A stretch of 64,000 bases of DNA from an uncultured Chloroflexia bacterium (GCA_963725885.1 CAVSAH010000003.1:449697-513696); one strand, 5' to 3'. Positions 46,588 to 55,515 are shown, counted from the stretch's first letter. A program made the numbers and translations. Notes: generated by a model from the letters alone, not told the origin.

Positions 46588-47920
46588 GGCGCGGCCGCTC
46601 CGGTGTCCATAGGGACGATCATGCCGCGCACCGCGCCGACGAGATAGAGGGAGCCGGCCACGACCACCGGGTCCGCCCCGAGCCCAGCGGCGGTTTCCAG
46701 CGCCTCCGCCGGCGTTGCCGCCATCCGGGCACGCCTGCCGGTGATGCGGCGCCATGCTCGGGCCAGTGTCTCCGGCAGATGCGCGCTCGGGTCGTCCACC
46801 CGGGTGACGACGAGTCGCGGCTCGAGCGGGGCCAGCGCACGCAGCACGCGGTCGACGCGCTTGCCGCGCATCGCGCCGAAGACGATCGTCGGGTGACGCA
46901 GGCCGAGATCGCCGAGGGCGATGGCGAGGGCCTTCGCACCGGCCGGGTTGTGCGCCCCGTCGAGCAGCACCCGTGTGACGCCGACCGCCGCGCCGTCAAG
47001 GACCTCGAGGCGGCCGGGCCAGCGCGTGGCGGCCAGCCCCGCACGCAACGCTTGCGTCGTCGACGACGAATGCCCCAACGCTCGATGAGTGCGTCCAGCA
47101 GCGCGAGGGCGACGGCCGCATTGGCGGCCTGGTGACGGCCGAGCAGACCGATCTGCACGCCATCGAGCCGGCCGGCCGGGGTGACCGCGTCGACGACGAT
47201 GCCCTCCCACGTCGTGGCGCGCACCGTGGCGCGATACGCGGCGCGCGGTCCGGCGCGCCGCAGCGGCACATCGAGCGCAGTGCAGCGGTCGACGATCGGT
47301 CGCAGGCCGCGCCCCGACGCACCCGTCACCGCCTGGTTGCCAGGCTTGATGATCGGCGCCTTCTCCGTCGCGATGGCGGCGAGGGTCCGGCCCAGGTGAG
47401 CCTCGTGGTCGTGCTGGACGTTGGTGATCGCTGCCACGCCGAGGTCGAGCACGTTCGTCGCGTCCAGGCGTCCGCCCATGCCCACCTCGACGATCGCCAG
47501 GTCGACCCGGCGGCGTGCCAGCTCGGTGATCGCCGCGGCGGTGAGCGCCTCGAACTCGGTCGGCGGCCCGATGGCCGCGGCGACCCGGTCGATAGCAGGC
47601 AGCACCCGCCCGACGGCCGCCGCGAAGGCATCGGCGCCCACCGGCTCGCCGTCGATCGCGATGCGCTCGCGGTAGCTGACCAGGTGCGGCTTGGGCATGG
47701 TGCCGACGCTGAGTCCGGCGGCGCCGAGCACGGAGCGCGTCATGGCCACCACCGAGCCCTTCCCGTTGGTGCCGCCCACCAGCGCGCCGCGCAGCCCGCG
47801 TTCGGGGTGGTCGAGCTCTGCCATGAGTCGTTCGACACGCTCCAACCCCAGGCTGATGCCGAATCGGCCCCGCTCGGTCAGGGCGACGACCGCCTCGTGG
47901 TACGTGAGGCGGTCGGTCAC
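46584..47920 (-). CDS. folC: Dihydrofolate synthase / folylpolyglutamate synthase (2 frame breaks)
   Basis: ..ALVGGTNGKGSVVAM..GTMPKPHLVSYRERI..AIVEVGMGGRLDATNV..ITNVQHDHEAHLG..; after breaks near 47090 and 47050: ..GLAATRWPGRLEVL..VLLDGAHNPAGAKAL..VVAGSLYLVG. ATGA overlap with folP. Confidence 0.88.
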
Positions 47921-47924
47921 CGGG

Positions 47925-48485
47925 TCAGTCCGCGGCGTCCTCGTAGAAGACGCAGTCGTTGAACTGGCCGGTGAGGCACAGGTCGTTGACGTAGCCGGCG
48001 TCGAGGTGCACGCCGCCGCGCAGCTCGCATCGGGCGACCGTGCCCTCCTGCTTCATCAGGGTGCGCAGCAGCTGCGGCGCCTGGATCGGGACGCGACCCT
48101 TGGAGCCGTGCGTCAGGTAGAAGTGCGGGCAGTGGTGGCGCCTCGGCCGCGAGTAGCCGAGCGGGACTCCGCGACGACCGACATGGACGGTCAGGGGCTC
48201 GGCCGTGCCAGCGAACCGCTTCTCGGCGATGACGCAGCGGCCGGGCTCGCATTCCTTGTCGTTGTGGCAGCAGGCGCGGGCAGGACCGATGCCCTCCACC
48301 GCCCACAGCTCCCAGCAGGGACGGCGCAGGATGAACGCGGGGCATCGGTAGCGGATGGTGAGGTCGCAGTTCTCGACCTCCCAGCACATCGTTCGCCGGT
48401 CGTCGGCGCCGCGGCGCTCCGGGGCGAACGGGTCTTCGCCCTGGCGGCGGTCGCCGCCGGTGCGGCGTTCGGTCTTGATGATCAT
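47925..48485 (-). CDS. Cys-rich protein with a two-CW-like motif, function unknown
   Basis: Intact 186 aa. Arg/Asp-rich N-terminus (ERRTGGDRRQGEDPFAPERRGADDRR), then MCWEVENCDLTIRYRCPAFILRRPCWELW..ACCHNDKECEPGRC, and a C-terminus with 5 more Cys. The stop is 5 nt before the folC ATG. Confidence 0.6.
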   Translation of the reverse strand: MIIKTERRTGGDRRQGEDPFAPERRGADDRRTMCWEVENCDLTIRYRCPAFILRRPCWELWAVEGIGPARACCHNDKECEPGRCVIAEKRFAGTAEPLTVHVGRRGVPLGYSRPRRHHCPHFYLTHGSKGRVPIQAPQLLRTLMKQEGTVARCELRGGVHLDAGYVNDLCLTGQFNDCVFYEDAAD

Positions 48486-48552
48486 GCTCGGTCGGGCGTC
48501 CCTCCTGCGGAGCGGAGTGTAGTCGCTCCTCTCGGACGCGCGCGCGGGACGA

Positions 48553-48900
48553 TCAGGCCAGGAACTGCCTGAGCCGCTCTTCCATGACCTCCTGGGGCAT
48601 GTAGCCCACGAGGCGCGCTGCCTCGCGACCGCCCTGGAACATGATCAGCGTCGGAATGCTGAAGATGCTGTAGCGCATCGCCAGCTGCTGGTTCTCGTCG
48701 GTGTTGACCTTGGCGACGCCGATGCGGTCTGCGTGCTTGGCGCCGAAGCTCTCGACGACCGGCGAGACGAGGCGGCACGGGCCGCACCAGGCTGCCCAGA
48801 AGTCGACGAGAACCGGCTTGTCTGCGTTGAGGACCTCCGACTCGAAGGTCGATTCGTCGACCGTCAACGGAGCGATGGTGGCCATCTGACTCGGATTCAC
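48553..48900 (-). CDS. trxA: Thioredoxin
   Basis: Intact 115 aa: VLVDFWAAWCGPCRLVSPVVE..VAKVNTDENQQLAMRYSIFSIPTLIMF. Confidence 0.95.
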   Translation of the reverse strand: MNPSQMATIAPLTVDESTFESEVLNADKPVLVDFWAAWCGPCRLVSPVVESFGAKHADRIGVAKVNTDENQQLAMRYSIFSIPTLIMFQGGREAARLVGYMPQEVMEERLRQFLA

Positions 48901-48957
48901 TCTCTACGTGAAGGATGGGCCAAACCATGCTAGCACCGACCATCCGGTCGGCCGGCG

Positions 48958-50619
48958 CTAGGCCGACGGCGCGGGGGTCGGCGGCAGCGTGGGCGTCGGT
49001 GTCGGCACTGGCGTGGGCGTCGGTGTCGGCACGGGCGTCGGGCTCGGTGTCGGCGATGGCGTCGGTCCGGAGCTGATGACGAGGTCGATCTGCTCTTCGG
49101 CCTCGACTTCCACGCCCGCGGCCGGGTTGCTTCGGATGACCGAGCCTTCCGGGACGTCGGGGTTGTTCTCGCGCGTGATCTCGCCGACGCGCAGGCCCGC
49201 CTGGGTGAGCGTGTTCATGGCCTCCGCCTGCGTCTGGCCGGTGAGGCGCGGCACGGCGACCTGCTCGGCCCCGCTCGACACGTAGACGACGACGCCGCTT
49301 CCCTCGTCGACCTCGGTGCCGCTCGCCGGCTCGCAGCGGATGACGTTGCCCTCCTCGACATCGTCGGAGATCTCGTCGATCTCCTCGGAGATCGTCAGGC
49401 CTGCCGCCTCCATCCGGCTCCGGACGCTCGAGATGGTGGAGTCCTCGCACTCCGGCACGGCGATCTGGGAAACGCTCGGTGACGGCGAGCCGGACCCGCG
49501 CGGAAGGTCGCCGAGGAGCTGCACCCCGAGGAAACCGATGATCCCGAGCAGGATGACGCCGAGGATCGCGAGCAGCCAGGTCCACCACGGGGTCCCGCCG
49601 TCATCGTCGTCCTCGGTGGCGTACGGCGGAGCGGTGCCCACGGCCTGGCGATCGGCCGGGCTGGTGACGCGCGGTGGGACGTAGACCGTCGGCTCTCCGC
49701 CGGGGGGTGTCTGCGCGGCGGCTGCCCCCGCGACCGCCGCGGCTGCCGCACCGGCCGCGACGGCGGCCCCGGGGACGGGCGTGGCGTCGGGATCGCGGCG
49801 CCACACGCGCAGAGCCTCGGCGAGTGCCCCGGCGTCAGGGAACCGGTCGGCCGGCTCGCGTGCCATGGCCCGCATGACAATCGCCTCGAGGCCCGGCGGC
49901 AGCGGGTGCCCGATGCTCGTCGGGGTGGGCGGTTCCTCGTTCAGCCGCTTCAGCGCCACGGCTGCCGCGGTGTCGGCCTCGAACGGCCGGCGCCCGGTGA
50001 GCATCTCGAACAGCACGATCCCCAGCGAATAGACGTCTGACGCGCCGGTGACCTCGTCGCCGCGAGCCTGCTCCGGGCTGAAGTAGTGGACCGAGCCCAG
50101 CGTCGTGCCCGTCACGGTCATCGAGGCCTCGGCGACGGCGCGCGCGATCCCGAAGTCGGTGACCTTCACGTCGCCGTCGTCGGTGATCAGGATGTTGCCC
50201 GGCTTCACGTCGCGATGGACGATTCCCTTGCGGTGGGCGGCCTCCAGCGCGCTGGCCGTGGCGATTCCCACGCGCACCGAGTCGTCGATCGAAAGCGACC
50301 CACGCTCACGGAGGATCGAGGCGAGATCGTCCCCCGCGACCAGCTCCATGACGATGTACTGCTCGCCATCGGGTCCGTCTGTGCCGTAGTCGTAGACGCC
50401 GACGATGTTCGGGTGGGAGAGGCCTCCGGCGGCGCGCGCCTCCTGCTTGAAGCGGGCTGTGAACCCGGGGTCGGAGCTGAACTGGGGACGGAGGATCTTG
50501 ACGGCCACCTCGCGGTCGAGCTGCTCGTCCACGGCGCGCCATATCGTTGCCATCCCGCCGGAGCCCAGCGGTGCGATGAGTCGGTATCGGCCGCTGATCA
50601 GGCGCCCGAGCATCTCCAC
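48958..50619 (-). CDS. pknB: Ser/Thr protein kinase with TM segment, two PASTA-like domains and a PT-rich tail
   Basis: Intact 553 aa: LGSGGMATIWRA..VAVKIL..IVHRDVKPGNILI..VTDFGIARA..GSVHYFSPEQ. TM is WWTWLLAILGVILLGIIGFLGV. Two repeats of ..AAGLTISEE.. / ..QAGLRVGEI.. type, then [19 protein letters not shown]. Confidence 0.92.
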   Translation of the reverse strand: MEMLGRLISGRYRLIAPLGSGGMATIWRAVDEQLDREVAVKILRPQFSSDPGFTARFKQEARAAGGLSHPNIVGVYDYGTDGPDGEQYIVMELVAGDDLASILRERGSLSIDDSVRVGIATASALEAAHRKGIVHRDVKPGNILITDDGDVKVTDFGIARAVAEASMTVTGTTLGSVHYFSPEQARGDEVTGASDVYSLGIVLFEMLTGRRPFEADTAAAVALKRLNEEPPTPTSIGHPLPPGLEAIVMRAMAREPADRFPDAGALAEALRVWRRDPDATPVPGAAVAAGAAAAAVAGAAAAQTPPGGEPTVYVPPRVTSPADRQAVGTAPPYATEDDDDGGTPWWTWLLAILGVILLGIIGFLGVQLLGDLPRGSGSPSPSVSQIAVPECEDSTISSVRSRMEAAGLTISEEIDEISDDVEEGNVIRCEPASGTEVDEGSGVVVYVSSGAEQVAVPRLTGQTQAEAMNTLTQAGLRVGEITRENNPDVPEGSVIRSNPAAGVEVEAEEQIDLVISSGPTPSPTPSPTPVPTPTPTPVPTPTPTLPPTPAPSA

Positions 50620-50623
50620 CGCG

Positions 50624-51496
50624 TCAGTCTCGCAAATCGAGGCCGCGGATGTATGCGCGCATCTCGTCAGCGTCCTCGGAGTCGAGCGACATCGCCACGT
50701 TGGCCATCAGCCATCCCAGACGCGTTCCAGCGTCGTGACGGGTGCCCTCGAACTGGTAGCCGAAGACGGGCTGCTCGGCGATGAGGCCGCGGATCGCATC
50801 GGTCAGCTGGATCTCGCCCCCGGCTCCGCGGCTCGTCTGCTCGAGGATGTCGAAGATCTTGGGGGTCAGGATGTAGCGGCCCAGCACGGCCAGATCGGAG
50901 GGAGCGTCGCCGACCGACGGCTTCTCGACCAGGTCGCGGATCTCGACCAGGCGGCCCTCGACGTGGAGCGGGTCGAGGATTCCGTATCGCTCGACATCGG
51001 CGGGGTCGACCCGCTGCACGGCGATCACCGATCCGCGGTGTGCCGTGTACGCATCGATCAGCTGGCGAGTGACCGGATCGCCGTTGCGGCTGATCATCAC
51101 GTCGTCGGAGAGGAGGACGGCGAACGGCTCGTCGCCGACCAGGTCCTTGGCCATCAGCACGGCATGCCCGAGGCCCAGCTGCTCACGCTGGTGGACGAAC
51201 GCGACCGTCCCGAACTCGCCGATGCGGCGGATGGTGCGCAGCATGTCGATGTCACCGCGCTCCTCGAGCCAGCGTTCCAGCGACGGGCTGGAGTCGAAGT
51301 GGTCCTCGATGGCGCTGCGCCCGGTGGCGATGACGATGATGATCTGCTCGATCCCCGACGCCGCGGCCTCCTCGACGGCGTACTGGATGATCGGCCGGTC
51401 GACGAGCGGCATCATCTCCTTGGGGATCGCCTTGGTGGCGGGGAGGAATCGGGTGCCGAACCCCGCGGCGGGGAGGACGGCCTTACGGACGCGCAC
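50624..51496 (-). CDS. galU: UTP--glucose-1-phosphate uridylyltransferase
   Basis: Intact 290 aa (GTG start): KAVLPAAGFGTRFLPATKAIPKEMMPLVDRPIIQY..GLGHAVL..LLSDD..VEKP..LAVLGRYILTP..GEIQLTDA. Confidence 0.93.
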   Translation of the reverse strand: MRVRKAVLPAAGFGTRFLPATKAIPKEMMPLVDRPIIQYAVEEAAASGIEQIIIVIATGRSAIEDHFDSSPSLERWLEERGDIDMLRTIRRIGEFGTVAFVHQREQLGLGHAVLMAKDLVGDEPFAVLLSDDVMISRNGDPVTRQLIDAYTAHRGSVIAVQRVDPADVERYGILDPLHVEGRLVEIRDLVEKPSVGDAPSDLAVLGRYILTPKIFDILEQTSRGAGGEIQLTDAIRGLIAEQPVFGYQFEGTRHDAGTRLGWLMANVAMSLDSEDADEMRAYIRGLDLRD

Positions 51497-51684
51497 GGTG
51501 ATGACGGGCTCCTAGCTTGCGTTCGTCGGGCGGTGCATCGCCCCGGCGGGCTGCTGGGCGCGCACGGGGCGGGCAGCCTGCCGCAGTTCGAGGTCGTCTC
51601 AGGGGACGAGAGTATACCGGACCTCGTTACCGAACCCCGCGCTGCCGCACGGGCCGGCGATCCCGGCGCGGCCGTGGCGGGCGG

Positions 51685-51690
51685 TACAAT
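51685..51690 (+). promoter_or_regulatory. -10 element TACAAT 10 nt upstream of the ATG at 51701 (leaderless)
   Basis: gcggTACAATcgcgccgccgATG. Confidence 0.4.
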
Positions 51691-51700
51691 CGCGCCGCCG

Positions 51701-52147
51701 ATGCTGAAGTCACTCGTTCGGACCTTCCGCGGGCCGAGCCGCGATCCGCGGATGGCCTACATCAGCCGCCCGCTGCCTCGCGACCTTCTCGACGAGCAGG
51801 TCGTCGAGGCGCTCGAGATCGCGTTCGAGACCGATCCGAGCCCCAACGCGCTGGTCGAGACCTTGCCCGATGCGCTCCGCAAGGTCACCGGGCGCGACCT
51901 GCAGGTACTCGACCGTACCGTCCGCGACGTGACCGGTGCCTTCGGCAAGGTCCAGGTCATGATCCGCGATGGCGAGGTCGGCCTGTGGCCGGGCTACGAG
52001 ACGATGTCCTACCCGCTCCTCGTCCCATCCGAGAAGGCCGAGGAGACGCGGGCCGCGATCATCGCCGCGGATGCCGCGTCGGGCTCCACCGATGCGCCGG
52101 CGGGTCCGAAGCCGGGGTGGGAGCCGCCGCCCCCGGTTCGTCGCTGA
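51701..52147 (+). CDS. Hypothetical protein, 148 aa
   Basis: Terminal part of track ORF 50405-52147 starting at MLKSLVRTFRGPSRD... Normal coding composition and a promoter-like element directly upstream. No motif recognised. Confidence 0.5.
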   Translation: MLKSLVRTFRGPSRDPRMAYISRPLPRDLLDEQVVEALEIAFETDPSPNALVETLPDALRKVTGRDLQVLDRTVRDVTGAFGKVQVMIRDGEVGLWPGYETMSYPLLVPSEKAEETRAAIIAADAASGSTDAPAGPKPGWEPPPPVRR

Positions 52148-52160
52148 GGTCCGGGAGAGA

Positions 52161-52340
52161 GTGGGCCGCCAGAACGTTCCTCGCGACCAGTGGCTCGATC
52201 TCGGGCACGAGTGTCCGCGTTGCGGCGAGCGGATCGGCGAGTCGGATGTGTACGCCTGGCGGCCGCTGCCGGAGAGCCCGAAGCTGCTCCTGCTGTGGTG
52301 CCCCAACTGCGGGGATCGGGTCGAGATCAACCACATCTGA
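52161..52340 (+). CDS. Small zinc-ribbon protein, 59 aa
   Basis: GTG behind GGGAGAGA: VGRQNVPRDQWLDLGHECPRCGERIGESDVY..LLLLWCPNCGDRVEINHI (CPxC..CPxC). Confidence 0.5.
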   Translation: MGRQNVPRDQWLDLGHECPRCGERIGESDVYAWRPLPESPKLLLLWCPNCGDRVEINHI

Positions 52341-52343
52341 GCG

Positions 52344-52420
52344 TGGTGCCCCCAACCGGATTCGAACCGGTGATCTCCACCTTGAAAGGGTGGCGTCCTA
52401 GGCCTCTAGACGATGGGGGC
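52344..52420 (-). tRNA. tRNA-Glu (anticodon TTC), CCA encoded
   Basis: Reverse complement GCCCCCATCGTCTAGAGGCCTAGGACGCCACCCTTTCAAGGTGGAGATCACCGGTTCGAATCCGGTTGGGGGCACCA. Anticodon arm is CCACC-CTTTCAA-GGTGG; typical Glu D arm. Confidence 0.9.
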
Positions 52421-52434
52421 TCGCGTCGCGATCG

Positions 52435-52443
52435 ATCGTAGCA
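52435..52443 (-). promoter_or_regulatory. Extended -10 element TGCTACGAT 14 nt upstream of tRNA-Glu
   Basis: Minus strand reads ttcgcTGCTACGATcgatcgcgacgcga, followed by the tRNA 5' end. Confidence 0.45.
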
Positions 52444-52454
52444 GCGAACGCCGC

Positions 52455-52766
52455 CTAGCCGAGGAAGAAGAGCCGGACCAGGATCACCAGCAGGCCGAAC
52501 GCGACGGCCGCCACGATGGCCATCAGGCCGCCGCCGAATCCGATGGCCGCCGAGGCACCGGCGTCCCGGCGGCGCGCGGCGCGGCTGCCCCAGATCCAGC
52601 CCTGGGAGTACAGGAAGAGGCCCACCAGCGTCGCGATCACCCCTGCCGCAAGGAGGCCGAGGACGGACAGGTCGGAATCGCGTCCGAGGAGCGCCAGCGC
52701 AGTCAGGGCGGCCGCGATGATCAGGCCAACGATACCGATCACCATGTTCCGCATCAGGGGGTGCAT
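52455..52766 (-). CDS. Small integral membrane protein, 103 aa
   Basis: MHPLMRNMVIGIVGLIIAAALTALALLG..LGLLAAGVIATLVGLFLY..LMAIVAAVAFGLLVILVRLFFLG: three hydrophobic helices. TAGAAT lies 9 nt upstream of the ATG. Confidence 0.55.
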   Translation of the reverse strand: MHPLMRNMVIGIVGLIIAAALTALALLGRDSDLSVLGLLAAGVIATLVGLFLYSQGWIWGSRAARRRDAGASAAIGFGGGLMAIVAAVAFGLLVILVRLFFLG

Positions 52767-52775
52767 GGGCGCGCC

Positions 52776-52781
52776 ATTCTA
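52776..52781 (-). promoter_or_regulatory. -10 element TAGAAT 9 nt upstream of the ATG at 52766 (leaderless)
   Basis: Minus strand reads gccgcTAGAATggcgcgcccATG. Confidence 0.4.
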
Positions 52782-52838
52782 GCGGCCGGTACGCAACTTG
52801 CTTCCCTGCCAGATCAGCCAGCAGGGAGATTCGAATTG

Positions 52839-53105
52839 ATGCCTGACCGTACCGACACCGATGACGCGGCTCCACGCGATGGCGAGGGGATGAGCGTCCG
52901 GGAGGCCGGGCGCAAGGGTGGCAAGACCACCCGCGACCGATACGGCACCGATTTCTTCCAGGAGATCGGCGCGAAGGGGGGACGAACCGTGAGCGACCGA
53001 TATCCGAGCGAGCACTTCCGGGAGATCGGCCGCAAGGGCGGCAGGCGCGTTGCGGAGCTGATCGCCCGCGCCAAGGAGCTCGACAAGCCGGGTCAGCCGG
53101 AGTAG
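52839..53105 (+). CDS. KGG-repeat general stress protein (YciG/GsiB-like)
   Basis: ..EAGRKGGKTTRDRYGTDFFQEIGAKGGRTVSDRYPSEHFREIGRKGGRRV: three KGG repeats. Start is ATG 52839 or ATG 52890. Confidence 0.7.
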   Translation: MPDRTDTDDAAPRDGEGMSVREAGRKGGKTTRDRYGTDFFQEIGAKGGRTVSDRYPSEHFREIGRKGGRRVAELIARAKELDKPGQPE

Positions 53106-53731
53106 CGCTCCTCCTTCCAGGGGTCCGCGTCATTGTGGTAGCCGTTGCGCTCCCAGAACCCGGGGCGGTCGTCCGGGGTGATCTCGATCCCGCGAAGCCA
53201 CTTCGCACTCTTCCAGAAGTACGTGCCGGGCACGATGGATCGGAGCGGATAGCCGTGATCCGGCTCGAGGGGCGCGCCGTCGTATGCCCAGGCCAGGATG
53301 CAGTCCGGCTGCATGGCGGTCGCCAGCGGGACGTTGGCGGTGTAGCCGCCCTCGCCATGGAAGATCACGTACCGTGCGGAGGCCTTCGGCTGCACGAGCT
53401 CGGCAATGTGGCTGAAGGCGACGCCTTCCCACCGCGTGTCGAGCTTCGACCACCGAGTCACGCAGTGGATGTCGAGGGTCCGCTCGGCGACCGGCAGCGC
53501 CCGGAACTCGGGCCAGGTCAGGCGGAGAGGATGCTCGACCTCGCCCCAGACGCGGAAGTCCCAGCCCTCGAGGTCGGGGTACTCGGGCACGCGGCCGAAC
53601 TGAAGCACCGGGAACTTGTCGGTCAGCACCTGGCCGGGTGGGACGCGCTCCGCGAGCTCGGGCGGCACGTTGCGTCGCTGCCACGGGAAGACCATGGCGC
53701 GCAGCATCCGACCCGCGTGCTGCGCGGTCAA
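53093..53731 (-). CDS. Molybdopterin-dependent oxidoreductase, sulfite-oxidase-fold catalytic subunit (MsrP/YedY-like)
   Basis: Intact 212 aa: WDFRVWGEVEHPLRLTWPEFRALP..LDIHCVTRWSKLDTRWEGV..GYTANVPL..PLEPDHGYPLRSIVPGTYFWKSAKWLRGIEI..GFWERNGYH. Confidence 0.8.
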   Translation of the reverse strand: MTAQHAGRMLRAMVFPWQRRNVPPELAERVPPGQVLTDKFPVLQFGRVPEYPDLEGWDFRVWGEVEHPLRLTWPEFRALPVAERTLDIHCVTRWSKLDTRWEGVAFSHIAELVQPKASARYVIFHGEGGYTANVPLATAMQPDCILAWAYDGAPLEPDHGYPLRSIVPGTYFWKSAKWLRGIEITPDDRPGFWERNGYHNDADPWKEERYSG

Positions 53732-53740
53732 GCGCCGTCC

Positions 53741-53746
53741 TAGACT
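53741..53746 (+). promoter_or_regulatory. -10 element TAGACT 6 nt upstream of the ligase ATG (leaderless)
   Basis: cgtccTAGACTtcaccgATG. Confidence 0.4.
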
Positions 53747-53752
53747 TCACCG

Positions 53753-55486
53753 ATGGCACGAGCTTCGTCCTTCGCCCGACTGGCGGAGGTGGCGGCAGCC
53801 GTCGGTGCGACGCGCAGCAAGCTTGCCAAGCGCGACGGCCTCGCCGCGTACCTCGCCGAGCTGCCCGCATCCGATCTCGTCGCAGCCACGGCCTTCTTCG
53901 CCGGCCGGCCGCTGCGTGACCCGACGGCCAAGCTGGGCATGGGCTGGGTCCAGCAGGGCGCCGCGCTCGCGGCCGCGGCGGACGCCTCCCCTGATGCGCT
54001 CCGAGAGGCATACCTGCGCCACAGCGACTTCGGGGACGCTGCGGCGGACCTCCTGGCCGGCCGCGAGGGCTCGGGGCTGACGGTCCGCGAGGTCGCAGAC
54101 GCCTTTGCCGGCATCGCCGCGGCCGGCTCCTTCGACGAGCGCGTGGGGCTCCTGACGGCCCTCTTCCGGCGCGCCGACTCGGACGAGGCGCGGTTCATCG
54201 GCCGCGTCATCTCGCGCGAGACCCGCATCGGCCTGCGCGAGGGGCTGCTCGAGGAAGCCGTGGCTGCAGCGTTCGACGCCCCGCTCGACGAGGTTCGGCG
54301 TGCCCACATGCTGACCGGTGAGATCGGTGAGGCCGCGCTGCTGGCTCGTCGGGGGCGGCTCGCCGATGCGGCGCTGCGGCCGGGCCGTCCGATCCGATTC
54401 ATGCTGGCGTCGCCGGTGGCCGACGCCGCCGAGGTCATGCGCCGGGTAGGCGAGGAAGCCTGGATCGAGGACAAGTACGACGGTATCCGCGCGCAGCTGC
54501 ATCTCGAGCCCGGCGGGCGACCTCGGCTGTTCAGCCGCGACCTCAACGACGTCACGCGCTCGTTCCCCGAGATCTCCGATGCGGCATCGAAGCTGGCAAG
54601 CGACGCCCCACTCGTCGTCGACGGCGAGCTCGTGCCGTGGCGCGCGGGATCCGTGCTCGACTTCGCCTCGCTCCAGACCCGGCTCGGGCGCGTGCGGCCG
54701 TCGACCGAGCTGCTTGCGGAGGTGCCCGTCGTCCTCGTTGCGTTCGACCTGCTCCATCAGGGCGGGCGCGACCTCATCGAGGTGCCGCTCCGCGAGCGCC
54801 GCGCCGCGCTGGAGGCCCTCGACCTGCCGGGTCGCACCGGCGAGCGCGTGCTCCTCTCGCACCTCGCGACCGCGAAGGACGCTGCCGGGGTGGATCGGCA
54901 CTTCGATGACGCGCGCGAACGCCACAACGAGGGGCTGATGGTCAAGGATCCCGACTCGGCGTACCAGCCCGGGCGGCGCGGGCTCGGCTGGCTCAAGCTG
55001 AAGAAGGCCCTCGCAACGCTCGACTGCGTCGTGGTTGGGGTCGAGTGGGGCCACGGCAAGCGCCGCGGCGTTCTGTCCGACTACACCTTCGCGGTGCGCG
55101 AGACCGATGCGTCCGATGCCAAGCTCCTCACCATCGGCAAGGCCTACACCGGCCTGACCGATGCGGAGATCGCCACGATGACGGAGCAGTTCCTGGCAAC
55201 GACGCTGCGCGACCATGGGCGATACCGCACCGTTGTGCCCGAAGTGGTCGTCGAGATCGCCTTCGACCGGATCATGCGCTCGTCCCGCCACCGTTCGGGA
55301 TTCGCGATGCGGTTCCCGCGCATCGTTCGCGTCCGGGACGACAAGACGCCCGCCGAGATCGACACGCTTGGCGGCGTCGAGGCCCTCTTCTCCGACCAGG
55401 CGTCCGGCCGGATCCTGCTTGCGACCGGCACGAAGGGCGAGACCGAACGGATCGCCGCGGTCGGGGAGGCGCCGCCCGACGCCTGA
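53753..55486 (+). CDS. ATP-dependent DNA ligase (Lig1/LigB-type with N-terminal DNA-binding domain), all catalytic motifs present
   Basis: Intact 577 aa: WIEDKYDGIRAQLH (motif I), VVDGELVPW (III), VAFDLL (IIIa), EGLMVKD (IV), GWLKLKK (V), RFPRIVRVRDDK (VI). Confidence 0.92.
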   Translation: MARASSFARLAEVAAAVGATRSKLAKRDGLAAYLAELPASDLVAATAFFAGRPLRDPTAKLGMGWVQQGAALAAAADASPDALREAYLRHSDFGDAAADLLAGREGSGLTVREVADAFAGIAAAGSFDERVGLLTALFRRADSDEARFIGRVISRETRIGLREGLLEEAVAAAFDAPLDEVRRAHMLTGEIGEAALLARRGRLADAALRPGRPIRFMLASPVADAAEVMRRVGEEAWIEDKYDGIRAQLHLEPGGRPRLFSRDLNDVTRSFPEISDAASKLASDAPLVVDGELVPWRAGSVLDFASLQTRLGRVRPSTELLAEVPVVLVAFDLLHQGGRDLIEVPLRERRAALEALDLPGRTGERVLLSHLATAKDAAGVDRHFDDARERHNEGLMVKDPDSAYQPGRRGLGWLKLKKALATLDCVVVGVEWGHGKRRGVLSDYTFAVRETDASDAKLLTIGKAYTGLTDAEIATMTEQFLATTLRDHGRYRTVVPEVVVEIAFDRIMRSSRHRSGFAMRFPRIVRVRDDKTPAEIDTLGGVEALFSDQASGRILLATGTKGETERIAAVGEAPPDA

Positions 55487-55499
55487 GCGCTCGGCGCGC

Positions 55500-55508
55500 T
55501 GCTACGAT
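55500..55508 (+). promoter_or_regulatory. Extended -10 element TGCTACGAT 7 nt upstream of the ATG at 55516 (leaderless)
   Basis: gcgcTGCTACGATcgcgcgcATG. Confidence 0.45.
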
Positions 55509-55515
55509 CGCGCGC

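Noticed and set aside
36964-52420. Region bounded by two tRNA genes, considered as a possible genomic island
   Set aside because: No integrase, no recognisable direct repeat of a tRNA 3' end, and no visible shift in composition. The content is core housekeeping (rplY, folCPB, trxA, pknB, galU).
52327-53358. 343-aa minus-strand ORF spanning tRNA-Glu, the small membrane protein gene and the KGG gene
   Set aside because: It overlaps a tRNA and better-supported genes on both strands, and its product is Arg/Pro-rich without motifs.
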